This document shows, one piece after another, positions 36,901 to 51,592 of a stretch of 52,967 bases of DNA; position 1 is the first letter of the stretch, and every line of letters begins with the position of its first letter. The stretch spans positions 173,597 through 226,563 of the forward strand of contig NMRA01000644.1 in assembly GCA_002633005.1 (NCBI GenBank). The letters run 5' to 3'. Position numbers and translations under genes: made by a program. The notes under the pieces were generated by a model. That model saw nothing but the letters and a program-made list of their open reading frames with translations. It was not told the origin of the DNA and made no database searches. This DNA is from Phoronis australis (lineage: Eukaryota > Animalia > Phoronida).

Positions 36901-39597
36901 TGCATTAAAAACTCATGAAACGACCCGTTTTTATTTTTAGTTGAACGGGGAAATGGTGTTATGTCGCGTGGGAAATTACAGTAGCATATGCTGATAAGTT
37001 ATTGCCGCTGTTGGTCAAAAAGAAACATTTTGTTGGTGAGAAGAGATGGCGAGAAAAAGTTCAAAAAGTGGGCAGGTCCTCCAAGAGCGGGACAATAGGC
37101 AAATACGATGTCCACGCAAAGTATTAGATTAGATTTTTTATTCTGTAAATTTTTCATTTTTTAAATTAACTCACAATTTAAAGGATACATTCCATGTTCT
37201 GAACTCTTTACTTGCCACTATAGGGTCATCTACTAGATAACAAATAATATATCCGATACATTAGGTACATCGATTTCCTATACTGGAAGCTTGATCCGCA
37301 GACGCAGGACCTTCTCTTTATTAAATTACAATATACCGGAACTGTCTTTTATGTTGGCCCAATGGTGTAGGCCAGTATAACATTTTGCACAGCCGATCGG
37401 TGTTTGGCCGGTATAAGATTACGATATCAGGCCAGGAAAGAGACGATACATTTATTACTATGAAACTGCTAAGATAAAATTCTTACAAAATGATGAATTA
37501 TATAAATAAAAACTAAGCAACTAATTGTTTTTTGTCCAACTGTATCTGGGCTGTTAGTGGACTGACAGCTTCACACAGTCTTTGCCCTCCCTCTCTGTCT
37601 CCAGGCTTTCGGAACCAGGTACCTGTCTATTTTACTATAAGGCTTGTATTAGCATTACTGTGTTCCTTCATCACCATCCCTGAAATAAAACAACGCCTGC
37701 TTAGTATGTTAGAGAACAGACTATGAGACTCCAGAATAGATTTTCGAGATGACCCATGCATAATCAAAATTACCTGAAGACACTTTACCATTCCAACACA
37801 AAACTTATTTCAAATGCATAATCTGTAAGATGTTTCATCCTTTGTTAACACAGCTAGTCGCAGGAAATCAGTGTTTTGTAATAAATATTTTCAGAAGCGA
37901 CTTTTTATTTATTCCATTTCTTCTGGAAATCTCTATTTCGTTACCATTTCAAGATTCCTAAAAATACTTCAGAGTCTGTTACAAAATTTCTCGTGAGCAT
38001 CAGTTGATGGTTTTGCTTCGTGTTTACACACAATTCACATTGATAAGGGCAAAAGTGGCAACGGCCAGTAGAGCGCGCGCGCTCACCGGGCGACGACAGA
38101 GACAAGGAAGACCATAGACCGTGGGAAAAATATGATTTGATGTGTTGAACGCAACTGGTGTGATAAGACCTACATATACATGTACATGAGACAGACCCTG
38201 TTGGTTAAAACAATCTTAAGCAGGCCATGATTCCCATCTTGAATACTTCAGCTCAGACCCAGTGCCGGAAGATTTATTTCATATTATGAAAAAAATGGAA
38301 CGTGAGCGTTCAGTGGCTGGCAAGAGGCCTGCTTATCAGTCAATTACTGGGGCAACTGGCTCTTGGTACTTTATGGCACGTCGCGGTCACCGTCGTCGCC
38401 AGATGCACTGCGCTACTTGTCAAATAACACAGACTATCTCACAAAAGCCCATGAACGAACACGTCATGACAAAACTTTGTGAATATTTACCCCTGGATTG
38501 GGTTCGTCGTAAATCATATCGTTGTGTATTGGGATGGCTTGAGATGAGTAGGGCGGGACGTTCAGTTTACATTGTATCTCTCGTCTACACGTGGGTGAAT
38601 CTCTGAAAGAAAATCAGAACATTCATGAGCTCATCTTTTTTACGTTTACTAGACTGCAACCACCATTCATATTACAATAAAGAGATAACAACTGTCGTAG
38701 TTCTGATTGTACTCCAGCAAAGATAAGAAAAATACCATTCACGCCACATACAAACCTTACGTTATTAAAGGAAATGTCTAGACTTTTACCTAAAGAATGA
38801 ATCTACAAGAGACCATCTATTTTCAAATGCAATGAATTTATAGCTTTTATCAATAAAATTAATTTTTCAACCTTAAAATCTAGAATTTCTATTTTTAGTC
38901 AACATAAACTGGGGGGTAAATTATTTAGTCTAATTTATATATGTGAAATTATGAGATTAATGATATCTGGTGGGGAAAATTGTCAAAAAAATATCTAAAA
39001 GAGTTGAGTTAGGCATTACAGGTGTTTATTCAAAAAAATCGAACGAATATCAAAAGGATTTAACATATTTGGCACAACATCAAAAAAGGAATGAGTACGT
39101 TATAAAGGCTGAGAGTTAAGCGCAGTGGCTGTAAATCACATGTAAGTTTTTGTGACAGAAAATAGATTTATAACCAAAAAATAACATGTGATTTACAGCC
39201 AGAGTGCTTTCCAGGCCTTCAGTTCTCCGACGATACCAGGTACTGATCGTCGTAGTCGGTTAGCCTTCTTGCATCGGAAATCTAAATGTGTCACCTACAC
39301 GACTGTGCAGATAGTCCAGTGCAGAGGAATAAGAGGCGACACCAATGGCCCAGTTACTTGCTCTGAAAAAGACGTCCTGTAAATAAATCACCTTTCATGC
39401 ATGGCCTTATCAATAGGTTGTTACTTTTGTGCTTCACTGCGTCGGTCGGATAAGGGTAGACTAGCACCATATAGCAGGGACTAGACGAGTCCAAGCCGTC
39501 CATTGTTTTTCATCACTGGATATATAAGATGTCGAGTAACTAATCAACGAAAGCTGTCCCGCAAAGATTACTCCCCTCATTCCAATAATCCTCTATC

Positions 39598-40192
39598 ACT
39601 TTTAATTCCACATTGATGTTCGCTGGGTAACGGCCACTCGTTTAAAATACCGTTACCTGCTTATACACGTTGCTAGTACGTGTTTTAACGCACGAACCAC
39701 TTCTCATAGAATAATATGACCACTTTTAAAATCATAAAGTGTCGGAATAAATAAAAAATACGTCTTTGATGGAACGCGGGTTTATGGTAGCTATAAGTAA
39801 CGTTAACGCTTAACTTTAATTTAGTAGGTGTACTGTACCATGATTGTATATGCTAACATGTAGAGCCTAGTCTCCATCAATAAAGAGTTGTGGACTCTTT
39901 CTAACCCCAGAAATTGCCCCTTCCGTTGGCCAGGGGATACTTTGAGACCAATTTCATAACGGAAAGTCGTTATGACTCTTCTCGTGCCCTAGTCTCGTTC
40001 CAGCCTACAGCTCTGAGTCGGTTTCGCACAGCCAAAATTACAGGCAAATTCCTGACTATTTGATCGTCTTCTTTACTTGGAAAGTCACTTCAATGCTGCA
40101 TTACAACACTTACTAGCAACGTGTTTAAGCAGGCAACAGCATTTTAAACGTGTGGCCGTTACCCAGCGAACATCAATGTGAAATTAAAGGTG
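39598..40192. mobile_element. MITE-like element with ~82-bp inverted repeats
   Basis: 39598-39679 is the reverse complement of 40111-40192 (CACATTGATGTTCGCTGGGTAACGGCCAC..CACGTTGCTAGTA). No TSD seen. Confidence 0.65.
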
Positions 40193-42052
40193 GTCAGTCG
40201 TGTAAGTGACTCTACTGAGCATTGCGGGATCTCAGAAAAACTGAGTTTGTAAAAATGAAGAATTTGTGGGTATGACATAACTCCAACATTTTTCCCAACC
40301 TAATGGCTATGTTTCACAAAAATAAAACGAAAACAAAATAATAATTTTGGCATTGAAATGCTGTTCAAAATCTTAAAATAGCAGAACTGTTGCTTTCGTG
40401 AGTACTTTCAGCAGTGCTACTACTACCATCCGACCACGCTACAGCCGACCAACATTAGTAGACAAGGTACTTGTCGGAAGTAATACCAGATAATTTGGCC
40501 AGGTGGCGCTAGTGAATATTGACGTAACGTTGTGCGAAAGAGCACAGTTTTTGTCCATTGAAAGTATATGGAGTTGACGCGGGTCCATGTCCAATAGTCT
40601 ATGGTTTCATGAAATCACTTAAGATTTGTGAAAGGATATTGGTCTTTCGCTCCAGGATTTCGAAAAATAGTTAAAACTAACCTGAAAAAAATTCCATGAG
40701 AATATACACGTCGCTGTTAATTAATAAGTATTTCTTTTTAAATTGATTTTCGACTATGGTGCGCTCTTAGGGTACTTGACTAAAACTTTATATAGCAATC
40801 GTGAAATGGGGGCATCAGAACGAGTGTCTGTCTGTTAGTCTTTTTATGAGACACACCCATGAATGACTGATTACTTCAAGGTGATGATGTTGCCGCTTGA
40901 AAAGCCAATAACTGGAAACTTGGTCGAGCTGGCCAATCGCAAGTTCAATTGTTAATTATGCAAAATTTTACGTTACTGAGAGTTACCTGATGAAATCGTC
41001 ACTGTAATAAAGTTTACATGATTCTGTTTTGTAGACAAATTACTGGTGGTAAATCCCGGAGGTGAATTGCAGTTCAAAAAAGACCGTTGAAAAGCTGACC
41101 ATAGAAAAATTCGCATACAATATACACAGTGATTTATCCAATACAAGACCAGTTAGAGATAAGATAAATACGCAGCAAGATTCAGAAGCACATTCACCTA
41201 AAATATCTGATAGTTTAATGATGTCCGTGAAATATATAATAATTTGAATGCATTCTGAATGCAGTGCTAAGAGTGAGAAATAGTCGTATAACATAGGCAT
41301 ACGCGAGGCTTAGTATACTGTAGCTTACATTAAACCGAATACAGTATCAATAATGATAAGTGAATAAGATGGGCGACAAGAACACCCACTATAACCATAG
41401 CATTACAAATTTATACGCATGGTGGACAACACAAGGCCAAGTAATCAAAGGATTGACACGTTTAAAACATCGGATGCACTTGATAACAAATATTTGTTTT
41501 GGATTTATAATGAGTACAGCTGATTGTGCAATTTTTCAAAAAATCAAAATCTTTTAAATTATGATTACGCAGCTTTATTATTCAACTATCACTAAAACAA
41601 GTGAATTTAATTAGCACATTAATTAATATAAAATGAAACCAAATAACGTATTACTTTCCCTAATATCTCGTCTTAGTTTTATTTTCCGGATGGCCGAATC
41701 ATACAGACTGAAACACAGAAGTTGTAGGCAACACGTAACCCCTCGGCTGCAGGCTACTCCTGGAGCATTAGAGAATGATGAAACTGCCCACACAGAAAGA
41801 AGTTGTGTACCAGTTAGACGTGATTTGATTTTCACTTTTGAAGTTGTATTTTCTGGCAGTTGGTCTATTTGCATTATCATTTTTATACGAAGGCAGACAC
41901 ACGGTTACCGTTTCAGTGAAAGCGGCAAACTTGAATTTAGACTTTGAAAGTCAAAATTCTCTCATATATCCGGGGTCAGATATCAATTACACGTGTATAC
42001 ATGGTATCGTGGTGAGTTATATAAACATTACCCTCAAGTCACTAGAGTTTAA

Positions 42053-42150
42053 AGATAGATGGATAGATAGATAGGTAGGTAGGTAGGTAGGTATTTACTT
42101 GGATTAGTAGCTAAGTTATTAGGTACTTAGGTAGGTAGGTTGATAGATAG
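42053..42150. repeat. (TAGA)n/(TAGG)n microsatellite
   Basis: Direct reading. Confidence 0.85.
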
Positions 42151-43689
42151 AAAGTTTATTGAGCCAGTCATAATACAAATAGTCATGCATCTACACAAGT
42201 CGTTCCTACTTTCTAAGTGCAATCTTAAGTGACAAGAGTGGGACTTTAAGTAGTCGAAGGTAAACAACTAAACTAAGGTTTTACTAAGACTATATTTTTA
42301 ATAGGCTTTGATTATTTTAGAAATATCAAAGCAAAGCAAAGGAAATTTCAAAAGGCTAAGGAGCGCTTGGATGTAAGCCGCCTACATCTACACACGTAAA
42401 TCGTCAAAAAAACTAAGTATTCGTGTCAACAATATATCTCACTACATCAGTGAAACATTAGCCTGTGTTGAGTATCAACACAATGATTATATACCGGTGT
42501 AAATGTGTATGAACAGGGACAAATGTCTAGGGATTGCAATATAAACTGCAGATGCAATAATGGAAGGCACTAAAATAATGAGATTTATGGCACTCTGACA
42601 TAAATCCTATTATTTGGGCAAATACCATTATAGAGCCCTTCATGCTTCATATCCAACTGCTGGTTAGTTCCTAACAAGTCCATGGTTGCGCTGTTTGTTC
42701 TTGCTCTCCAGCTTCCTGTTGGCCCAGCCGCGAAAAGGCCACGCTTCTTTTCCCTGCTACACCCGGAAGAGCTGGGTTCTGTGCGGGCGCAGGGAGCAGG
42801 TCAAGTAGGTGACCTCTGCTCGTGTCAGTCAGAGTAGGTGACCTCTAACCACGTAATCTTTGTTTACTTCCGCAAGTTGAGCAGTTCGTTTCACATTATT
42901 AGATCGTTTTGCAACCTAACTCAGGTGCGTTATCTGATGTATTTTCTGAAAATGTCAACATCACACAATATTTTATTATGTACATTAGACCTAATATTTG
43001 ATTACACTTTCATTCTTTTATTTATTTATTTGTACCGATATAATTTTAGGCCTATATACGTAAAATGGGGGTAGTCTGGCCCGTCATGTTGTTTTCCATG
43101 GACATACAGACAACACTTAAACGATCAATGATGAATATGAAACTGACATGGGAAGACTGATGAAACAAAATGAATAATAAACAAATTATAAATAGATGAT
43201 ACTAAAATTATGAGACAATTAACATGAATAAATAATGTCTTCATAAATGATTAAAAGTAGTTAATAAAAGTACATGAAATCATGTATATCATCATGTATA
43301 TAGATAAAAAATAGGTTGGTCTGAGGATATTTAAGGCACATTTGGTACACAGAACACTTCTGATTAAATGATTTTTTACCAGTTTCATTTCGGGTTTTTG
43401 AGCAAATTGAAATTGGATGGCTGTTAGACCCTATGTCATCGTGTATTATCATTATTCCCATCTCCAAATTGAGGTTTTCAATATTAATATATCTCACACC
43501 AACTCCCAGAATAATGCGTGCAGCCATATTTTTAATAGCCTGACAGTTTTCATATCCATGTAAGATGCAGCGCCCCACACCGGGAGGCAGTAATCCAGGT
43601 GAGCTTGAATGACGATTGTGTTGAAAAGGGTTTTCAGTGTCAAAATAATACACCCACATAATTTGAACATTGAGGGTTGTGCATGTCCG

Positions 43690-43887
43690 CAGAGGCAGAT
43701 CTATACAGGGGTGGTTCAACCCCCCGCCCCTCGACACACGATCAAAAGTAAAAATTGAAAAAATGTCGCCAGAAAAACAAAATCAGCTACTAAAAACTAC
43801 AAAGATCTTACATGGGAGGGGTTTGCTACGCGCCTCGGATTCGCTCGAATCCTATACCCCCTTACTGAAAACGTAGATTTGCCACTG
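43690..43887. mobile_element. CAG-terminated MITE
   Basis: TIRs CAGAGGCAGATCTA / TAGATTTGCCACTG; TSD degenerate. Confidence 0.6.
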
Positions 43888-45316
43888 GTGCAACTGACTT
43901 CTGGTTATCGTTTTTACCATGTCATCAACCGAATTCAATAGTTTTTCAGAGAACGTCTCGAGCAAATTAGGTCAAAGAAAGAGCGTTACACGGTCGTTGC
44001 CATTACCGATGATACCGAGAGGAAGAACAGTCATTTAAGTAGGCAAAATGCAACATTTTGGTAATTTTCAACGAGTGAGTATTTGCTATTCTGGCTATTT
44101 AGGCTTACCCCCATATAGCGACAGGACTGATAAAAGCTACAGTTACAGCTTCATTCACTTCTTGGTGAGAAAAAAATTCATGAGCGAGAATGTTAATTTT
44201 TGAATAAGCGTGGGTTTCACTTTGTGAGATTCTCTCATGCATATACATACACATCACGTGATTATAGGGTGTGTGTTGCATATGCTAGTACCAGTTCCCA
44301 TACTCTTACCAATTAGTGCATTTGGTCAATCGAGCTGGGTTGCTCTGCATTGTGTTGGTCTTACCATCTACACCACAGCTTGCCTTCCACAAGTTCTTTG
44401 ATAGATGTAACTTAAACACTCTTAACGTTCCAGTTTCAATCATTCATTGAGAACTGCATATTTATTAATTCATAACACATGTATGAATATATATATGTGC
44501 GAGTATGAAGTGCTACGATCACCAGTATTGGAAATGTCAGTATTACACACATTCAATCATCAACCCTAACATGCATGCACCTGTACATGTACATGTACAT
44601 AGAAATATGCGTGCAACAGCTCGTGAACTCCAAGATCTAGGATATGTTGTAAGAAGGGACTAACCACAACTTTCGAAGAAAACTTTCACTTGATACTTAA
44701 ATGAAGTACCAAAAGTTTTTCTATTGTTCCCTCAGGGGTGCCCCCATACCTGCCTGTGAAAGCTCAGATAGGATACTCCTATGTAATCCATTTATTTGCC
44801 AAGCAGTCTGCACACAGTGATACCAACGGAAGGACCACATAAAACGCCCCCTCCTCCTTTCCCCAGGCTTGGGACTGGCAAGATGCAACACATGACAGTA
44901 TGATGCAACTTGGCAGAGTTAGGCATTGTGGTTTCAACTGGACAAGCTAAACAGAACTGGCACAGTGGATTTTTGGAAATAATTATCAGAAAAATAACAC
45001 TTTAAACTGCATTTCCTAAATTATACATTGTCAAACAAGAGCAACACAGGAGGTTGAAATGTGCTCATGAATGCATCGCTAATGGTGTGCTTCTGGGGTG
45101 TATATTTGTATCATAAAAATGGCCACTAGACGGCACAAAATACATCTTCTTATGAGGAAGTTTATTTTTTTTAATTTTTGTGGTACATGTGTCCATACAC
45201 TAGACAACAGATTCGAAACTCCACTCTAGGCATAGCACACTCAGCTTACCGTTAGTGTATTCTGACGGGAAATTTTTGCATCTATTTTACTGTCCACATC
45301 TTTTCTGATATTTTGA

Positions 45317-45643
45317 AGGGGGTAGGTCAATTTGGGGTACTCCTGGGCCCAGGGTTTTTAGGAGGATGAAAAATTTTTTGTCTCCAAATTCAAAAATATT
45401 TTTTCGGATCGAGGTAGAATGCTGAGAAACTAAAGCCCACCAAGTTTGAGTAGGATTGGATAGTTAATAAGGTCACACGGCAAGATCAAAGTTTGAAAAC
45501 ATTATTTTTAGGCCTTTTCACGCCTAAAAAATTTTTGACCCCGATTTCAAAACTTCTTTCATTGTTGGATNGAAAATATGTCTAGGATAACCAACCAACC
45601 ATATTTTAGCTCAAAATGACATGGAAAAAGGTTGCCTTCGCCT
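45317..45643. mobile_element. Kolobok-like non-autonomous element (contains an N at 45571)
   Basis: TTGA|AGGGGGTAGG ... CCTTCGCCT|TTAA. The right end matches 103-177. Confidence 0.55.
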
Positions 45644-45859
45644 TTAACTTCAGGTCTAGCAGGGTTTACCTTAAATGTGTCCTTATCTTTATCCTCCGGA
45701 TTCCTCTTAATATTTCCGTAACTTAAGTTTACACTTAAGGTTAGTTTCAAGATTTTCCTTATTGTTAACTTAATAGATGTTTTGTATGCACTTGAAATAA
45801 TACTATGTTCCCCTACTTGCATTTTTTTGCAAATTTCAAAACTTTAACTTAGTGCAAAT

Positions 45860-47809
45860 AATAATACGCACTGCTCATCTGAAAGTGCAGGAAAGTCATC
45901 TTTAGTCCAAACAAAATATCTGTTGTCCAACGTTGCAGCCAGAGTAGAGTTTAAGTGTTCATGAAGGACCCGGTTACCATCCCTTGATGGATGAAGTCAG
46001 TCGTCTCTGAAACCAAATAAAAATATCCGAAAAAGTATAGAGATTAAGTCATGTTGAAATGGCAACAGACAAGGAATACTGTGCTGTAAATTTAAAATGG
46101 GGATGGTTTGACACAAAAAGATGTCCAAAAATCAACTGGTGCTGATGCATCACTACTGTATACCAATGTTTCAAGGAAGCGATAGATAATATGCAGACAA
46201 GGTGCTGACCAAAACCTCTCAACGCAGAAGGTGTGAGTGCATATGAAGGTTACATTTATTTGCACCTTGCACCAGTTTGAGTTCTTTGATGACTGTCTTG
46301 ACTGAAGAGCTTAAAGCATTTATAAGACATCTGAAACTACACAGGACTTACATGGAATGTCCCATGACTGAAAAAACATACCTTGGCGCGAGTCTGCGCA
46401 GTCGCTGCCTGTCAAAACGTGGTGTGGTCAACGTAGAAAATCTTGTAGTCCATTAGTGCCATCCTCCTCACCAGAAGCTCCAGAAACTCTTTATTGTATT
46501 TGTCCGCTGCTGCTGCATGCCTTTTAAAATGTAAATAAATATCACAGAATGTTTATGGGATAAGGATACAAGATCTAGCAGAATAACACCATCAATTCAN
46601 AAAATCATTGTAGTGGCTTCAGTGAGAAATATGAGAAATGAACATAGCATTGGGCTACTGCACGTTATAAGTACAAGAGGCACCCACACCCGATGAAGAA
46701 GTTAATCAAAAGCAAGAGGTTTAGGCAAAGCCACAGCACACAGTGAGGAAAAGTCTAGAGCTACCAGGTCACAAACAAAATTACCTGACTGTCAGATGTA
46801 AAATGAATAACTTATTATATATCATTAATAGGTAAATGCAGTATTGGCCAAGGGCAACCTTTTTATATGGCAAGTAGTAACAAATAGACTGCTTTGAATT
46901 ATAACATGATTGAACAATTTGAAAGAGCAAATTAAATTGGATTAAATAGTGGATTTTTCTTAATCTAGTTCAAGTATGATACTGAATGTTTATATTGTAC
47001 TAAAAATTCCGTTATAGTATTGGGTCATTTTATCGACATGAACACAAAAACAGTGAAGCAGGTGACAAAATGATGATGTTTTGTGGAACACCACTTGATA
47101 GATACACTCATCTACCTATTCATCCAGTTGTGGTAGAAGAGAAGACACAAATATTGGTCAATCCATGCTCCCTAATCCCTTGCTGTTGACATCGAGTGGT
47201 GTCTCTGGGCCACGTCATTTGTTCCCGCATGAAGCACTACCGTGTCATATCTTCCCGTGATGTCAGTCTCTGTAGCAATGAAAAAGAAATCATTTTTAAG
47301 CAACTCCAGTGTCATGTGTGTTTTTCTTCAATAATATTAATAAAATGGCAATAACAATGATTAAAATATTAACAGATATTATTGAAATAGAAATAACACT
47401 CATAATATTTATACTTATTGTTATACAAGAGCCTGTATCAAAGAAAAAGTAATGAAATATGAAATAATAAACTCAACAACAATGTTATTAATCACATACA
47501 ACAATAGTAATCACACACCGTGAACGGATTTTCAAACACTTCAAAAACAAGGTGGTACTAAGGTGAGGTAATAAGTAAAAAAAGACTATTTATATACGAC
47601 TTCATAAGCGTAAAAAGAACAAATTTAATTTTCATTCCAAATTTGATTTTCATTTTTAGCCAGACTATAGCGAAATGAAGTTTTGATTTTGTTGTCATGT
47701 TAAACTCACCATCTGAGCAAAAAGTAACACATCTTCCACTGTATACTTCCAAGTCAATGCTGATGTTGCGGCTACTCTCAGCGTACTTGTATATGCCATC
47801 AGTGATCAC
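45860..47809 (-). pseudogene. Spliced SGNH/GDSL-like hydrolase pseudogene (exons ~47710-47809, ~47115-47269, 46382-46520, ~45860-46006)
   Basis: Ordered motifs VITDGIYKY (block I-like), VYSG (II), YDTVVLHAGTNDV (III), IFVSSLLP, DKYNKEFL..IFYVDH, D*LHPSRDGNRVL (V). GT-AG borders; stops and frameshifts present. Confidence 0.68.
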
Positions 47810-50800
47810 CTTAACCTAAGAATAAGTATTAAATGAACATTAATGACAATTACCAAAATTAGCAAAAGACAAGGGGCCTTCCATACTGCAGAGCGTTCCC
47901 CACAACCTGACAAATTTGAAAGTGTGAAAACTGAGTCACACACTCCCCATGACACAGTGTAGATTTTTATTTTCAAATAAGAAACAGAGTCCATTAGGAG
48001 GCTGATGATTTCTTCTCCATGAACACTGTTTTCAACACTATGACCAATGACATTATACACATCAATGATTAGGAATGTAGCCAAACTAACGCGATCTCAT
48101 TAGAAACACAGAGGGAAATCTTGCTTTTCAAGGAAGGTACTAGAGACATTACAGAACTCTACCCTATCCCTAGGACTAATGCAAATGGGCATGTTGTAAA
48201 AAGGACATCTGACAACTACACAAGATAGTCAAGATATTATTAATGTTCCAAGAACTCACCTTCATTATGACCTGATTATTCAAAGCTGATCTGATGTATG
48301 AAAGTCTAAAACTTCTATTAGAATCAACTTATACACCTGAATACTACGGAAAAAACAACTTATAAGTAGTTACCAAGGTTACAAAACAATTATTCTAGCC
48401 CTTTAAACACTATTATTAAAACAAACGAGAAAAAAATGACGTTCAAACTGAAAGATGATGCACAACAAAGTGATGACAACTACGCAACAGGAATCCTAAA
48501 CACGTGAACAATGAGCACAATCGAGTAATTTTGCAGTAGAAGTAGTAAGGCAGGTAGATTTTCGCTAAATAATCGCTTGAAATGGCAGCTGACTTTCTGT
48601 CTCAGTAATGCCGGAAAGCAGAAGGAGGTCACGTAGAGCATCCGGTAGGTTGACCTCCCTGCGTGCGCACAGATCCCAGCTCTTCCGGGTGTAGTAGGGA
48701 AAAGAAGCGTGGCCTTTTCGCGTCAGCTACTGTGTGGCCGGTTGTTCGGCCACACAAGCGAAATGCAAAGGAATTAGCTTCCATACCATCCGAAGACCCC
48801 ATAATCGGCAGTGGGAAGAAAACCTTACTTCTTGAGTGAACGTGAATGGCAGTTGTTTCAGCAATAAGACTTTATACATTTGTTCAAGGCACTTCGAAGA
48901 TGAATGTTTTTAAGAGACTCTACTACTTAATCCTGTCTTCACAAATCCATTTTTGTTTTCTCCCTTTTGATGAAAACTATCTGGTAAACTTTTTGACGAA
49001 AATTATCCGCTAAATTTCTTCGTAAACTCTTGTCCTTACGAGGAAGTTCAGCCATAGCCTAGTGAGCGAATTAACTAAATTACTCTTCGCTGGCCCTGAT
49101 CAGACGATTGGTCTCAGCAGAATGCGCACATTTGGCCAGGATTTGGATCAGCGATTTCAACAAATTCACATTTGTGTACAAATAAATAGAACGCTGGTAA
49201 AACCTTTAACATAAATAAAGATTACAGTATTACTTCCTAAATAACCACCCGGACCAGTCAAAATCTATCTCGCAATTCAACAGCAGGTTACACACTCATT
49301 TCATGTCGAATATATGCTGCACAAAATCTCTCAACTGCAGTCTATGAAAATGCAACCAACTTCTTTGAAAACATGGAACAGGAACACCAGAGGGGTGTAA
49401 AAATTGTTTTTATTCTTTAATGTTAAACTTTTTTGTAAGCGGACATATGGTTTTTAAATTTCCGCCTTAAGTCCTAACATTTCTAAACTTAAGCCTTTCA
49501 AATGAACGTTTATGACGAAAACAAAATTCTTCAACCAGTTTTTTAAAGTCCTATGCCACCTGTAGGGTACGTAATGAGCCAATCCCACTCCTATTGTAAC
49601 ACAAGGGTCCCGTGCATAAAGGATACTAAGTATTGCCCTTCTGAAATATTACAGTATGTGCCCTAATAAGCGGCCAGGGAGCTTAGAAAAATCCGCTTCA
49701 GGAAGGGGGCGCTTATTATAGCCTAAAAGTGGTTGAAACCCGGTCTCCGGAACAGGTGAAATCGTAAGCTAGAATTCAGTTACGCTCTGTGACGCATCTG
49801 CAACCTATGAACAGAGTTTCTATAAAACTGCAGTGCATTGCTATCAAACTTTGTTGTCAACTTACGAGCGTTTTTCAGAAAATACGACTGCCAAAAATTG
49901 CCGTGAATCAGGTTTCAAGCTCTTCAGCTTGGTTTAACTATTATATTAATAAACCATAAAAATGATTCCAAGTGATCAGTGCAATGCCTGCGCATGTGTA
50001 ATAAATGTGTATCATGCAGCTCCTGATTTAAACAAAGGTCTGTTTTTTTAATTTTGGTCCGGTATAAATAAGGCCACAGACCTGGAAATCCAGCGAAACA
50101 GAAAATTTGAGTTTTCGAAAACAGCTCGATTTTTAGGGAGTCCTGTTTTAATGTTCTATTTATTTTCAAAACTTTATTATGTTACATTTAGCTTATTTTC
50201 TGTTCAACTCAATGAAGCCACCTAATATGAATGCATTCAGCACAATTAATGCATTGTAAAAACCAAAAGTTATGCTCTATCGAGGTTAGACAAAATCAGT
50301 ACACCCTTTCTTAAAAAATGGGTTAAAAGTTAGAAACAAAGGACACAAGTTTCCATCACTTGTAACGTCGATTTTCGACATTGATGTTGGGGAGGAACAA
50401 CAGTCTGGCGACAGCAACACGTAATCACACGAAGGTGATGATTTTCAAAATTTGATTCGTTTTCGTAGTATGTCTTTTTTCCCTATGGTTCAGGGCTACT
50501 TCTGAATCCAGTAACAAGAACTGAAAAAGGCAGGGTTCGTGATAACGTTGGAGAACGGTAACATTTATATAAGGTGTTACAACTGTCATCGATATTGCCA
50601 TCTATTCTGTTTTCATCCAACCTTCCCAGATGAAAACTTGAATGACGAGGACCTTCAGTACTTCAGTGAGCATGATACTGTGTGATTTATGTTGAATTAT
50701 TCAACGGTTCTTTTAAGAACCATTTCACGCCATAGCTACAACCAACGGCCCTTTTAAGGGCCACTCAACACTTTCCAGAAGAACTGCTCACTTGAGAATG

Positions 50801-51404
50801 TATAAACATGCTTTCGTAGTTTTCTCAGTAGGCCTATGTGAACCATAAATCAAAAATTGTGCGATAGCTATGCTGCTATTGGGCAAGCAGACGACATAAT
50901 CAGTTGGCACCGAAGTTTGAATTTTGTAATTAATTACCAGTAGCATTGCCAAAAGTACTCATAATACCAACACTTCTACTATTGAAAGACTTTGAAAAGC
51001 ATTTCAATGCCGAAATTAATATTTTTTTCGTTGTTTTGGACAGTAAAGTAGATGCAAGTATTTGTCGTCAAAAAACACTAACCGGAAACTGCACGAGAAA
51101 GGTCAGGAGAGTTCAGCTCAGCAGGTAAGGATATGCCGGAGTTGCGAATCTGTTGTCTATAATCAGTCCATAGTGGACACAACTATGTCAACTTTGAAGC
51201 AATCTCAAGACAAAGTTTGGAGTGGAGGAAGCTGACCTTTTGATGCCAAACTTTCTCTGTGCATATTTCGCCGCTACAGGTACGTTGTTGAACAAACAGA
51301 ACCCACATGCTGTGTCCTTCTCAGCATGGTGACCAGGAGGGCGAATAAAGGCGACACCATTCAAACACTGAAAGGATAAAAGTTATGCCTTTATATTACC
51401 CAGC

Positions 51405-51592
51405 ATGTAAAATTCATGTACCAACAACACTGAAGGATATGCAATGAATCGTTCATTATGTACCAACAGCACTGAAGGATGTGCAATGAATCGTTCATTA
51501 TGTAACAATTACAATACTGATGGAAATGCAATGAATCGTTCATTACCTTCCAACAACACTGAAGGATATGCAATGAATTGTTCACTATGTTC
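51405..51592. repeat. ~39/42-bp minisatellite
   Basis: CCAACA.CACTGAAGGAT.TGCAATGAAT.GTTCA.TA repeated 4-5 times. Confidence 0.85.

Larger units (their letters stand above)
42729..48756. mobile_element. Putative ~6-kb element bounded by ~70-bp inverted repeats, with a hairpin at one end
   Basis: 42729-42804 versus 48650-48722, inverted with few mismatches. Perfect 10-bp stem TGTGTGGCCG-GTTGTT-CGGCCACACA at 48731-48756. Confidence 0.45.

Noticed and set aside
37654-38170. Possible two-exon minus-strand mini-gene (MVFLVSVVAR|DGDEGTQ*)
   Set aside because: Phases agree, but the product is very short and featureless; cannot be supported without transcripts.
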